Of a stretch of 64,000 nt of DNA, positions 1 through 8,835 are shown one piece after another (the stretch's first letter is position 1; the number at the start of each line of letters is the position of its first letter). Made by a program: the position numbers and the translations under genes. The stretch comes from an uncultured bacterium (lineage in GTDB: Bacteria > Hydrothermota > UBA3073 > NMUJ01 > CBEVQO01): positions 431,106-495,105 of the forward strand of contig CBEVQO010000001.1 of the NCBI GenBank assembly GCA_965552055.1, read 5' to 3'. Below the pieces are notes generated by a model that was not told the DNA's origin, ran no database searches, and saw only the letters and a list, made by a program, of their open reading frames with translations.

Positions 1-292
1 CTTTTAATTTGCCGTTGCGAGGTATTTTTGATAGCCATTCCATATAACTGTTGAAATCCTTAGGTAACTCGTCTGGATTTTTACCTTTCTTTAAGATAAA
101 AGAGTCGATAGCGAATAGCACGGCAAGATACCCAATAGCACATGCTTCTCTTACAGGTTTACTATCGGAATAAATAATTCCATATTCAATCGGTGTTTCT
201 TTCAAAATTTCTTTAGCATTTTTGTAATACCTTTTTGCTTCCTTTATCGCTTCTTCGGGGGTTTTTGGTATTTTTCTTTTTTCTATCCTCAT
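1..292 (-). CDS. Partial CDS running off the window, DUF5618/HEPN-like small helical protein
   Basis: Not in the ORF track. Hand translation from ATG 292 (ATGA overlap with the glmS stop): MRIEKRKIPKTPEEAIKEAKRYYKNAKEILKETPIEYGIIYSDSKPVREACAIGYLAVLFAIDSF..., open to position 1. Family by resemblance only. Confidence 0.6.
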   Translation of the reverse strand, partial: MRIEKRKIPKTPEEAIKEAKRYYKNAKEILKETPIEYGIIYSDSKPVREACAIGYLAVLFAIDSFILKKGKNPDELPKDFNSYMEWLSKIPRNGKLK

Positions 293-2112
293 TCTACCGT
301 TACACTTTTTGCAAGATTTCTTGGTTTATCAACATCCAGTCCTCTCATTCTTGCTATGTGATATGCGAGAAGCTGCAATGGTAATGCGACCAGCATGGGT
401 GATAAATCTTCGTGACATTCTGGGATGTAAAACACATCTTCTGCGAGCTTCGATGCCTCTTTATCTCCCTCTGTTAAAATTGCAATTATTCTACCTTTCC
501 TTGCTTTAACTTCTTCCATATTCGATAGCATTTTGTGATAGACAGATGTCTTTGGATTTACGCATACTACTGGCATATTTTCATCAATGAGAGCAATGGG
601 TCCGTGTTTCATTTCACCTGCTGCATATCCCGTTGCATGAATATAAGATATTTCCTTCAACTTTAAAGCACCTTCAAGTGCAGAAGGATAATTCACACCT
701 CTACCAAGGAAAATGAAATTTGGCGATTTATAATATTTCTTCGCTATCTCAATAATTTCATCTTCTTTCTCAAGAATTCTTTCCATCTTATCAGGAATCT
801 GTCTCAATTCATCGACCAGCATTTTTATAGTTTCTTTATTTACTTTTCTTTTAATTTTTCCGAGATACAATGCAAAAGTTATAAGTGCGAACAACTGTGC
901 TGTGTAAGCTTTTGTTGATGCCACGCCTATTTCGGGTCCTGCTTTTATAAAAATTACGGCATCGGATTCGCGAGCAATTGAACTCGTCTCAACATTTACT
1001 ATCGATAAAACTTTCATAAATTTGCTTTTCGCTTCTCTTAAAGCTGCAAGGGTATCCGCTGTCTCACCTGATTGACTAATTGCCATAACTATTGAAGAGC
1101 CATCAAGAACAGGCTCCCTGTATCTAAATTCAGACGATATATCAATTTCTGTATGTATTCTGCAATACTTTTCGATTAAATATTTCCCAACATAACCGGC
1201 ATGCCACGAAGTACCACATGCCTGAATGAATATCTTCTGAATACGGGGTAATAATTGTCTTATCCCCTTTAAATCAAAAGGAACAATATCGCTGTTTTTT
1301 AACCTTAATTCAATATTTTTTCTTATTACAGAGGGTTGCTCGTAAATTTCCTTTATCATAAATGTTGGATAACCTCCTTTATCTATCTCTATTTCTTCCT
1401 TCTCGATAGGTATTGCTTTTTTCTGTATTTCTTTACCTTCTTTATTATACACCTTTACACTATCTTTTGTTACGATTGCGAATTCGTCATTTTCCAATAT
1501 TATCATTTTATGTGCTATTCCTGTTAAAGCCGGGATGTCTGATGCAACGATATTTTCTCCATCTCCTATTCCTATTATCAATGGTGAATCTTTTCTTGCG
1601 CAAACTATTTTATCGGGCTCTTTAACGGATATTACACAAATAGCATAAGCACCTACAAGGCGCTCTGCTGCTTTCATAACAGCTTTCAACAGGTCACCTT
1701 CGTAATATTCCTCGATTAAGTGCGCGATTACTTCTGTATCGCCTGTTGTCCTCCATATGTGTCCCTTTGCTATGAGTTCTTCGCGCAGTAGAAGGAAGTT
1801 TTCAATTATTCCATTGTGCACAACTGCGATTTCGTTATTGCAGTCAATTATTGGATGGGCATTTTCGACAGATACCTCACCGTGAGTAGCCCACCTTGTG
1901 TGCCCTATCCCGATGTTACCACCTACAGGTTCTTTATCAAGCAAATCTGCAAGTTTTTTGAGACGACCAACTACTTTGCGAGTGAATAATTCACCTTTTT
2001 CTATAACAGCGATACCAGCGGAGTCATACCCCCTGTATTCAAGGCGCCACAAACCCGATAAGAGCACAGAACTGACATCCCTATCGCCAACATACCCAAC
2101 TATCCCACACAT
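289..2112 (-). CDS. glmS: Glutamine--fructose-6-phosphate transaminase (isomerizing)
   Basis: N-terminal MCGIVG, GHTRWATHG, SQSGETADT, C-terminal PRNLAKSVTVE; 607 aa. Confidence 0.98.
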   Translation of the reverse strand: MCGIVGYVGDRDVSSVLLSGLWRLEYRGYDSAGIAVIEKGELFTRKVVGRLKKLADLLDKEPVGGNIGIGHTRWATHGEVSVENAHPIIDCNNEIAVVHNGIIENFLLLREELIAKGHIWRTTGDTEVIAHLIEEYYEGDLLKAVMKAAERLVGAYAICVISVKEPDKIVCARKDSPLIIGIGDGENIVASDIPALTGIAHKMIILENDEFAIVTKDSVKVYNKEGKEIQKKAIPIEKEEIEIDKGGYPTFMIKEIYEQPSVIRKNIELRLKNSDIVPFDLKGIRQLLPRIQKIFIQACGTSWHAGYVGKYLIEKYCRIHTEIDISSEFRYREPVLDGSSIVMAISQSGETADTLAALREAKSKFMKVLSIVNVETSSIARESDAVIFIKAGPEIGVASTKAYTAQLFALITFALYLGKIKRKVNKETIKMLVDELRQIPDKMERILEKEDEIIEIAKKYYKSPNFIFLGRGVNYPSALEGALKLKEISYIHATGYAAGEMKHGPIALIDENMPVVCVNPKTSVYHKMLSNMEEVKARKGRIIAILTEGDKEASKLAEDVFYIPECHEDLSPMLVALPLQLLAYHIARMRGLDVDKPRNLAKSVTVE

Positions 2113-2483
2113 AGTCCCCCCAATTCAAAAATATCCACAGGAATTAATTTTTTGTTAACGGGGTCAACAGCAAGCCCCATAGCTTCAAGTGAGATAGAAC
2201 CAAGCACAGGTATGCCTTCTGGAAGACAAATTGTAACAGGGCTCACAGTCCTTTTGCCTCTTACTTCAAGAGCAACATAAGTCCACTTCTTTTTGACTTT
2301 TCTTCCATCACTCAATTTAACTTCGATTTCTCCCAATATCGGCAAATTGCAACTCTGCACAACATCTTCGGGAATTGATGTTAAATGAGAACCTGTATCA
2401 ACAATCATCTCTATTTCTTCCAAAAATTCAAACTCTCCATTTTTAACTATCCCAATTTTAACTTTTTCTTTAAATACACTCAT
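2100..2483 (-). CDS. Clan AA single-domain aspartic protease (retropepsin-like, AF_0612-type)
   Basis: IVDTGS catalytic motif, C-terminal VLGSISLEAMGLAVDP; 127 aa. Confidence 0.8.
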   Translation of the reverse strand: MSVFKEKVKIGIVKNGEFEFLEEIEMIVDTGSHLTSIPEDVVQSCNLPILGEIEVKLSDGRKVKKKWTYVALEVRGKRTVSPVTICLPEGIPVLGSISLEAMGLAVDPVNKKLIPVDIFELGGLCVG

Positions 2484-3787
2484 CTGAATTTTTTAATAAT
2501 ATCTTCAATTATTTCCTTTGTCAAGTTTAAGTTACTGGTTTCACAGATTATCCTAACTACCGGTTCTGTATTTGATTTTCTTACATGCAAAAAGCCCTCT
2601 TCAAAACCCAGCCATAATCCATCTTCCAGATTAATATCTGCATCAGGAAAATCTTCCAGTATTTCATCTACAGGTATTTCCTTATCCCATCTTATTTTTT
2701 CCTTCATCATATAATATTTCGGAAGTTCATCAACGATTTCCGATAATTTTCTATCTTCTTTCGTCAGCAAATCAAGTATAAGAGCCACTCCTGTTAAGGA
2801 ATCCCTTGTAAAATTTATTTCGGGATAAATAACACCTCCATTTCCCTCACCACCATATTTTGCACCTACCTCGAGCATCCTTGATACCACATTTGCTTCG
2901 CCTACTGCAGTCCTGTAAACTTTTGCCCCGATTTTATCCGCAATAACTTCAATCAATCTGCTCGTTGATAAATTTGTCACAATTTTATCTCCTTCTTTTA
3001 TAACATTTAAACCGCAAAGAGGAAAGGTATATTCTTCGCCGATTGCCCTTCCTTTATCATCAACTATCGATAACCTATCGCCATCGGGGTCTGTTGCAAA
3101 GCCCACATCTAACTTTTTATTCTTTACAATTTCGCACAAATCCTTGAGAGCAGAGGGAACAGGTTCGGGAGACCTTGTAAATTCACCCGTCAATTCACAG
3201 TTTATAGAATAAATTTCACAATTCAATTTTTCCAGTAAATATTTTAACGCATACGAAGTTGCACCATTACAGCAATCAATTCCTACTTTGAACCCCTTCT
3301 CTTTAATCCTTTCTACATCTATTTTTTCAAAAATTTTGTTAATATGTCTTTCAATTGCTTTCCCATCCTTTTCTTCTTTCCCTTTACCTTCTTTATAATT
3401 TTTGCTTTCATAGATTTTGTAAAATTCATCGATTTCTTTTTTTGACAAAAATAATCCTTTTTCTGATACGAATTTAAATCCGTTCCATTCTTCAGGGTTA
3501 TGGCTTGCTGTGACAACGACACCTCCTGCCAGCTTCAATTCTCTTACATTTAAAAGCAGAGTGGGAGTAGGTGCGATATCAAAGTCAACAACATCACATC
3601 CCGCGGATAACAACCCTTCTTTAAGTTTTTGTAGCAAAATTTTGCCAGATCTACGGGTATCACGGCAGACACCGATTTTGCCATGCTTATAGGTGCTAAA
3701 AGCTTTTCCAAGCGTAAAAGATAAACTCTCATCAAAATCTTTTCCATAAATTCCCCTTACACCCGATATAGTAAAAAATAAAGCCAT
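2480..3787 (-). CDS. glmM: Phosphoglucosamine mutase / phosphohexomutase
   Basis: TASHNP phosphoserine loop, DPDGDR metal loop, GGEGNGG, RKSNTEP; upstream of glmS. Confidence 0.85.
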   Translation of the reverse strand: MALFFTISGVRGIYGKDFDESLSFTLGKAFSTYKHGKIGVCRDTRRSGKILLQKLKEGLLSAGCDVVDFDIAPTPTLLLNVRELKLAGGVVVTASHNPEEWNGFKFVSEKGLFLSKKEIDEFYKIYESKNYKEGKGKEEKDGKAIERHINKIFEKIDVERIKEKGFKVGIDCCNGATSYALKYLLEKLNCEIYSINCELTGEFTRSPEPVPSALKDLCEIVKNKKLDVGFATDPDGDRLSIVDDKGRAIGEEYTFPLCGLNVIKEGDKIVTNLSTSRLIEVIADKIGAKVYRTAVGEANVVSRMLEVGAKYGGEGNGGVIYPEINFTRDSLTGVALILDLLTKEDRKLSEIVDELPKYYMMKEKIRWDKEIPVDEILEDFPDADINLEDGLWLGFEEGFLHVRKSNTEPVVRIICETSNLNLTKEIIEDIIKKFR

Positions 3788-3795
3788 CCAATAAT

Positions 3796-4929
3796 TTATT
3801 TATAAACTTCAAGATGTTTCTTTGCTACATTATCCCATGATGTCATTAAACCATATTCTTTTGTTTTTTCTTTTATTTCTCTGTAAAATTTTTCATCTTC
3901 TACGAGTCTCAGAATTAATCTACAGAGTGCTTTTTTATCTTCTGGTAAAATAAGCAATTCTGGTGATACATTTGCCAGTTCTTCGAATTTTGGTATTCTT
4001 GAAGCGATAACGGGCTTGCCTGCTCCCATAGCAAGATGGAAAGCACCCGAAGCCGACCTGTAATCTTCATAATAGGGGAAAAGAACAAGGTCGGATGCCC
4101 CAAAGATATAAGGAACATCTTCATTTGGTAAAAATCTGTTCGGGAAAATAACATTTTCCTCAAGTCCCAGATCTTTTATTAAATTTTCGCACATCTTGAC
4201 ATAAGGATGTTCCTCGGGTTTCCTTGGATATGCACCGCCTGCTATGAAAAGATAAACATCTTTTTTCTTTTCTACAATCTCTTTCATGGCTTCAATCACT
4301 ATGTGGATTTTTTTATGCGGTCTTACAAATCCAAATAATAAAATTATAAATCCTTTTTCTGGCAGATTTAGATGTTTACGGGAAACTATCGTGTCAACAT
4401 CCTGTATCTCTGAACCATGTGGTATCACCACCAGTTTTTCGGAAGGCACTCCTTCTCTTTCCAGAATTTTTTTGCATTCATCAAGATGCAATATAACTTT
4501 TGTAGCGGGAGATAAAAATTTGCGATTGAATTCTTCCATATCCATTTCAACACCGTAATCCCTTCCGTAATCGCATGTTACATTTGTGTGAACACAGTGC
4601 ATCGTTATAATAAGCTTTGCCTTTTTTGATAATTCTTCTGTGAGATGTGGTAATCTTTCATCAAATCTCCAGATACTATATTCATGTTGCATGTGTATAA
4701 CATCAACTTCCTCAAGGTTTTCGAGAATCTGTGATACATAATCTTCTTTTCTGCTCCAGCAGGGATTTACTTTGAGCCGGTCTTCTTCAACTTTCTCTGC
4801 TTCTTTTTCAGCCAGTATCAATACCTTTATATCTTTATCAACTCTTTTCAATCCGTGTATCAAATAATCCGTGTATGTAGCTATACCGCACTGCTGTGGT
4901 AAATAGGTTGATAAGATGCAAATCCTCAT
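3796..4929 (-). CDS. GT4 family glycosyltransferase
   Basis: STYLPQQCGIATYT N-terminus, QHEYS, FGFVRPHK, PVIASRIP. Confidence 0.85.
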   Translation of the reverse strand: MRICILSTYLPQQCGIATYTDYLIHGLKRVDKDIKVLILAEKEAEKVEEDRLKVNPCWSRKEDYVSQILENLEEVDVIHMQHEYSIWRFDERLPHLTEELSKKAKLIITMHCVHTNVTCDYGRDYGVEMDMEEFNRKFLSPATKVILHLDECKKILEREGVPSEKLVVIPHGSEIQDVDTIVSRKHLNLPEKGFIILLFGFVRPHKKIHIVIEAMKEIVEKKKDVYLFIAGGAYPRKPEEHPYVKMCENLIKDLGLEENVIFPNRFLPNEDVPYIFGASDLVLFPYYEDYRSASGAFHLAMGAGKPVIASRIPKFEELANVSPELLILPEDKKALCRLILRLVEDEKFYREIKEKTKEYGLMTSWDNVAKKHLEVYK

Positions 4930-4943
4930 AATCCCCCTTTTAT

Positions 4944-4970
4944 ATTTTGCAGAAATAATAAATTTGTCAA
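4944..4970 (-). promoter_or_regulatory. Sigma70-like promoter TTGACA-N15-CAAAAT for the GT4-glmM-glmS operon
   Basis: Hexamers at 4970-4965 and 4949-4944; SD AGGGGGA before ATG 4929. Confidence 0.55.
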
Positions 4971-4984
4971 TAAAATTTTTAATG

Positions 4985-5151
4985 CGAGCGAAGCGAGCAC
5001 ATTACATATGGGTTGATATGTCAGCCCATTACGGTGATGTGGGTTATTCTGGGTTTTTACGCTTTATCTTCTGATTGCGTTATAGCTGGAGTAGTAGTGG
5101 GCTGACTTAATCGGGAAGGCGGGGACAGCGGAGGCGGGGCTAAAAATTATT
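4985..5151 (+). repeat. Dispersed GC-rich intergenic element, copy 1 (carries an internal hairpin insert)
   Basis: The 5' ~31 nt (CGAGCGAAGCGAGCACATTACATATGGGTTG) and 3' ~31 nt (GGGGACAGCGGAGGCGGGGCTAAAAATTATT) match the reverse complement of 24226-24300. Confidence 0.85.
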
Positions 5152-5176
5152 GACAGAAGTAGGGATGGATTAAAAT
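5150..5176 (+). promoter_or_regulatory. Sigma70-like promoter TTGACA-N15-TAAAAT
   Basis: TTGACA 5150-5155, TAAAAT 5171-5176; ATG at 5188. Confidence 0.7.
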
Positions 5177-5187
5177 AAATAAAAATT

Positions 5188-5877
5188 ATGGAAATTTTTG
5201 TTGGAACTTCTGGATGGTATTATTCGTGGAATTTAGAAGGAACTTTTGACTGGTATCTTAAAAATTCTGGTTTAAATGCAATAGAATTGAATGCTTCTTT
5301 TTATCGCTTCCCTTTTCCCAATCAGGTAAAGAGCTGGGCAAATAAAGGGAGAAATCTCCACTGGGTTGTAAAGGTTAACCGTGCGATTACTCACATATTC
5401 AGGTTGAATGAGAAAGCTTTTGCAAGATGGCAGAAATTTAAAAATTTATTTTCCCCTCTTGATGATTTTATTGACTTTTACTTATTTCAAATGCCACCGA
5501 ATTTTTCACCGAAATTACTTTCGAGGGTTTTTGAGTTCTTTGAAAAAACGGGTCTTAATGGGAGATTTGCCTTTGAGCCGCGTCACATTGATTTCTGGCA
5601 TGAAAATGTAATTTCTGAAATAATAGAAAAAGGCATAATATTTGTATCTGTTGATGCTCCAGATTTACCAAGGACAATAATAAATTGCAAAGGAGTAATT
5701 TACCTGAGGATTCATGGCAGAACCGCGTGGTATTCCCATTATTATTCAGATGAAGAGTTAAAAGAAATTGCCGAAAAGATTTTACAACAATCTCCTGAAA
5801 AAGTTTATGTATTTTTCAACAACGACCATGCAATGCTCGAAAATGCACAAAGGTTATGGGAAATCCTTAAAGGATAG
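5188..5877 (+). CDS. DUF72 (YecE-like) family protein
   Basis: VGTSGW, IELNASFYRFP, LFQMPP, FEPRH, YLRIHG, VFFNND motifs. Confidence 0.9.
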   Translation: MEIFVGTSGWYYSWNLEGTFDWYLKNSGLNAIELNASFYRFPFPNQVKSWANKGRNLHWVVKVNRAITHIFRLNEKAFARWQKFKNLFSPLDDFIDFYLFQMPPNFSPKLLSRVFEFFEKTGLNGRFAFEPRHIDFWHENVISEIIEKGIIFVSVDAPDLPRTIINCKGVIYLRIHGRTAWYSHYYSDEELKEIAEKILQQSPEKVYVFFNNDHAMLENAQRLWEILKG

Positions 5878-6457
5878 AATATTGCCACAGGATTTTTATG
5901 CAAGGGATGCAAAAGAAGTAGCAATTGATTTGCTTGGCAAAATACTTGTAAGAAGATATGGCAGGAGGTTTTTAAAAGTAAAAATAGTTGAAACGGAGGC
6001 ATATTATGGACATGATGACCCTGCTTCTCGTGCATATCAGGGCAAAATTACAAGGATAAGCAAAGTTATGTATGAAGAACCTGGCATTACGCTCATCTAC
6101 ATGGTGCATGGTGGCTGGCTTATGAACATAGTTACAGGTAAAAAGGGCGACGCACAGGCAGTCTTAATAAGGGCAGGAGAGCCCATCGGTGGTATTGACC
6201 TTATGAAAAAATTCAGAAAGAAGGACAATTTGAAAGATTTAACAACAGGACCTGCAAAATTGACCGAAGCATTAAAGATTACGAAAGAACATCATATGAT
6301 AAAAGTTTTCGATTATAATTCTCCTGTTTTCGTAATTGAGGGAGAAAGTGATTTTGAAGTGTGTAGCTCTGGCAGAATAGGGGTAAAACGCGATTTACCC
6401 GAGCCTCTTCGCTTCTATATAAAGGGAAACGAATTTGTCAGTAAAATTAAATTTTAA
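5843..6457 (+). CDS. mpg: 3-methyladenine DNA glycosylase (Mpg/AAG family)
   Basis: IVETEAY, DPASRAY, AVLIRAGEP, GPAKLT, GRIGV. Start uncertain: ATG 5843, or TTG 5882 which has AAGGA upstream. Confidence 0.9.
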   Translation: MHKGYGKSLKDRILPQDFYARDAKEVAIDLLGKILVRRYGRRFLKVKIVETEAYYGHDDPASRAYQGKITRISKVMYEEPGITLIYMVHGGWLMNIVTGKKGDAQAVLIRAGEPIGGIDLMKKFRKKDNLKDLTTGPAKLTEALKITKEHHMIKVFDYNSPVFVIEGESDFEVCSSGRIGVKRDLPEPLRFYIKGNEFVSKIKF

Positions 6458-6460
6458 AAC

Positions 6461-6487
6461 TTGACAAGAAGAAATTTTGAATATAAT
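6461..6487 (+). promoter_or_regulatory. Sigma70-like promoter TTGACA-N15-TATAAT
   Basis: Perfect consensus hexamers at 6461-6466 and 6482-6487; SD AAGGAG then ATG 6500. Confidence 0.8.
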
Positions 6488-6499
6488 TGAAGGAGAGCG

Positions 6500-7438
6500 A
6501 TGTATCTTGGAATTGATGTAGGTTCTGTAAGTACCGACCTTGTAGTAATCGATGAAAAATATAATGTTTTATGTGATGTTTATTTGCCGACGGCAGGTGA
6601 TCCGATTTCTGCGATCAAAAAGGGGTTGAAGGAGATAAAGGAGCGTCTTGGCGAGGTAAAGATAAAGGGAGTGGGTACAACCGGTAGTGGGAGGATGCTT
6701 GCGGGGATTGTGGTTGGTGCAGACATAGTGAAGAATGAGATAACTGCTCATGCAGTAGCTGCGATACATTATGTTCCCGATGTTCAAACTGTTATAGAAA
6801 TTGGTGGTCAGGATTCCAAGATAATAATAATAAGGGATGGTGTTCCTGTTGATTTTGCGATGAATACGGTGTGTGCTGCGGGTACCGGCTCTTTCCTTGA
6901 CCATCAGGCTCATCGCCTTGGTATTCCCATTGAGAATTTCGGTGAAATGGCTTTGAAAGCGAATGCACCCACTAGGATTGCAGGAAGATGCACTGTTTTT
7001 GCTGAATCAGATATGATTCACAAGCAACAAATTGGTCATACGAAGGAAAATATAATAGCGGGTTTATGTCATGCTCTTGTTCGCAATTATCTTGCTAATG
7101 TTGCAAAGGGCAAAGAGATTCTTCCGAAAGTTGTATTTCAGGGTGGTGTTGCTGCAAATAAGGGTATGAAAGCTGCATTTGAAGAGGCACTTGGTATGGA
7201 GGTTATAGTTCCTCCTTATCACAAAGTTATGGGAGCGATAGGTGCTGCGATGCTTGCAAAGGAATACACAAATGGTTACACAAATTTTAAAGGTTTTGAT
7301 ATAACCACTAAAGATTTTACTCCCAAGAGCTTTATCTGCAAGGATTGTCCTAATGAGTGTGAGATTGTGGAAATATGGAGTGGTGAGCGTTTATTAGCGC
7401 GCTGGGGGAGTATTTGTGGCAAGTGGAATGTAATTTAG
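6500..7438 (+). CDS. 2-hydroxyacyl-CoA dehydratase activase (HgdC/BadF-type ASKHA ATPase) with C-terminal Cys cluster
   Basis: GIDVGSVST, TGSGR, EIGGQDSK, CAAGTG, CTVFAES, QGGVAAN; tail CKDCPNEC...C. Confidence 0.88.
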   Translation: MYLGIDVGSVSTDLVVIDEKYNVLCDVYLPTAGDPISAIKKGLKEIKERLGEVKIKGVGTTGSGRMLAGIVVGADIVKNEITAHAVAAIHYVPDVQTVIEIGGQDSKIIIIRDGVPVDFAMNTVCAAGTGSFLDHQAHRLGIPIENFGEMALKANAPTRIAGRCTVFAESDMIHKQQIGHTKENIIAGLCHALVRNYLANVAKGKEILPKVVFQGGVAANKGMKAAFEEALGMEVIVPPYHKVMGAIGAAMLAKEYTNGYTNFKGFDITTKDFTPKSFICKDCPNECEIVEIWSGERLLARWGSICGKWNVI

Positions 7439-7439
7439 T

Positions 7440-7523
7440 GCCGAAGTGGCGGAATGGTAGACGCGGCGGACTCAAAATCCGCTGGGGGTTAACCCCGTGG
7501 GGGTTCAAGTCCCTCCTTCGGCA
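7440..7523 (+). tRNA. tRNA-Leu(CAA), long variable arm, CCA not encoded
   Basis: Acceptor stem GCCGAAG/CTTCGGC, D-loop GGAATGGTAGAC, anticodon stem GCGGA/TCCGC with CAA at 7473-7475, T-loop GTTCAAGT. Confidence 0.96.
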
Positions 7524-7529
7524 CTTGAA

Positions 7530-7841
7530 ATGTATCTGTTTATTGTAATATTTATTCTTTTAATTGCAGTTTTCGGAATCGTAATCGGTGCACAGAATTA
7601 TTCTACACTTGTTGACATACAGATTTTAAACAAAACAATAAAAAGTGTTCCTCTCACACTCTTAATAATCGAATGCATCGTTGTAGGAATTGTGCTTGCT
7701 TTTATCGCAGCCATTTACGATAGAATTGTTCTATCAAGAAAATTAAGGGAAAAAGAGAAAGAAGTTAAAGACCTTTTAGAGGAGGTAAAGGCTTTAAGGA
7801 TGTTACCGCCTGAGAGTAGCAGTGAAAGAGAATCTTCTTGA
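7530..7841 (+). CDS. lapA: LapA-family lipopolysaccharide assembly protein
   Basis: Two TM segments around AQN, then a coiled coil. Start moved to ATG 7530 because the track start lies inside the tRNA. Confidence 0.7.
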   Translation: MYLFIVIFILLIAVFGIVIGAQNYSTLVDIQILNKTIKSVPLTLLIIECIVVGIVLAFIAAIYDRIVLSRKLREKEKEVKDLLEEVKALRMLPPESSSERESS

Positions 7842-8835
7842 AATTTTAACAATAGCACCTGAGAGCGAAAGAGAAGTTCTGTTGCGTAAATATATCGACC
7901 AGAATCCGAGAGATTTAATAGCATATTTAAAACTGGGAGATATAGTCAGGGGACGCAACCCAAGGGAAGCAACGAGAATCCATCTCAGCATAATTTACAC
8001 TCCGAAGATTGACAAAAAATTGAAAAAAATGGCATTAAAAAGCTTGATAAAAGATTCACTCCAGGATAATAATGTTGAGCGCGCAATTTTTTATGCAAAA
8101 GAAATTTTGAAAATAGATTCAAGGGATATTGAAACTTATGAAATTTTATACAAACTTTATGAAGAAGTTGAAAACTGGGAAGGTGCTGTTCATACTTTTG
8201 ATGAGTTAAGGAAAATTCGCAAACAAAAAAGTGACATGGAAGAGGCATCCCGGCTTTATGCACTTTGGGGCAAAAGTTTACTGGATAAAGGTGAAGATAA
8301 GAAAGGTCTTGATAAAATAAAAGAATCTCTCAAGATAAAAGAAAATTCATTCTGGGGATTGCTGTATCTCGGCGAGTATCACAGGAAAAGGGGTGAGCTC
8401 GATAAATGCATAGAAGTGTGGGAAAAGCTTCTTTTCACTTATCCCGATAAATCCCATCTGATACTCGAGAAGCTCGAAGAAGTATTTTACGAAAGCGGTC
8501 AATATGACAAGATGGAAGATTTGTATAAAAGATTTTTGAATGAATATCAGGATAATGAAGAAGCATCTGTTCGTTTTGCCAGAATTTTACTTGCAAAGGG
8601 CGAAACGGAAAGAGCTTTAAATATACTCAGTGCAATAAAGAACAATTTCAAAGCAAAAAGAGAACTCATAAAGCTCCTGATAAAAAATGGCGAAATTGAT
8701 AAAGCATTACAGGAACTCGAAACACTTGAACCCTTACAGAAATTTATATGCAAGAATTGTAAAAGAATTTTTGATGAATTTAGTTTGAAATGTCCACAAT
8801 GTAAATCGTGGCTGACAATAGAGCCAATTTCCTGA
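7822..8835 (+). CDS. lapB: LapB/YciM-like TPR protein with C-terminal rubredoxin-type CxxC...CxxC
   Basis: TPR-like helices, CKNC...CPQCKSW tail, follows lapA; no N-terminal TM anchor. Confidence 0.7.
   Translation: MKENLLEILTIAPESEREVLLRKYIDQNPRDLIAYLKLGDIVRGRNPREATRIHLSIIYTPKIDKKLKKMALKSLIKDSLQDNNVERAIFYAKEILKIDSRDIETYEILYKLYEEVENWEGAVHTFDELRKIRKQKSDMEEASRLYALWGKSLLDKGEDKKGLDKIKESLKIKENSFWGLLYLGEYHRKRGELDKCIEVWEKLLFTYPDKSHLILEKLEEVFYESGQYDKMEDLYKRFLNEYQDNEEASVRFARILLAKGETERALNILSAIKNNFKAKRELIKLLIKNGEIDKALQELETLEPLQKFICKNCKRIFDEFSLKCPQCKSWLTIEPIS

Noticed and set aside
2100..2160. glmS ribozyme
   Set aside because: The glmS start overlaps the upstream CDS, so there is no intergenic leader.
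4985..5151. Interpretation of the repeat as an integron attC site or CRISPR repeat
   Set aside because: No RYYYAAC/GTTRRRY ends, no integrase or cas genes, and no regular repeat-spacer periodicity.
7497..7529. ORF-track N-terminal extension of lapA (MGVQVPPSALE)
   Set aside because: It lies inside the tRNA-Leu T-arm and acceptor stem; ATG 7530 is the plausible start.
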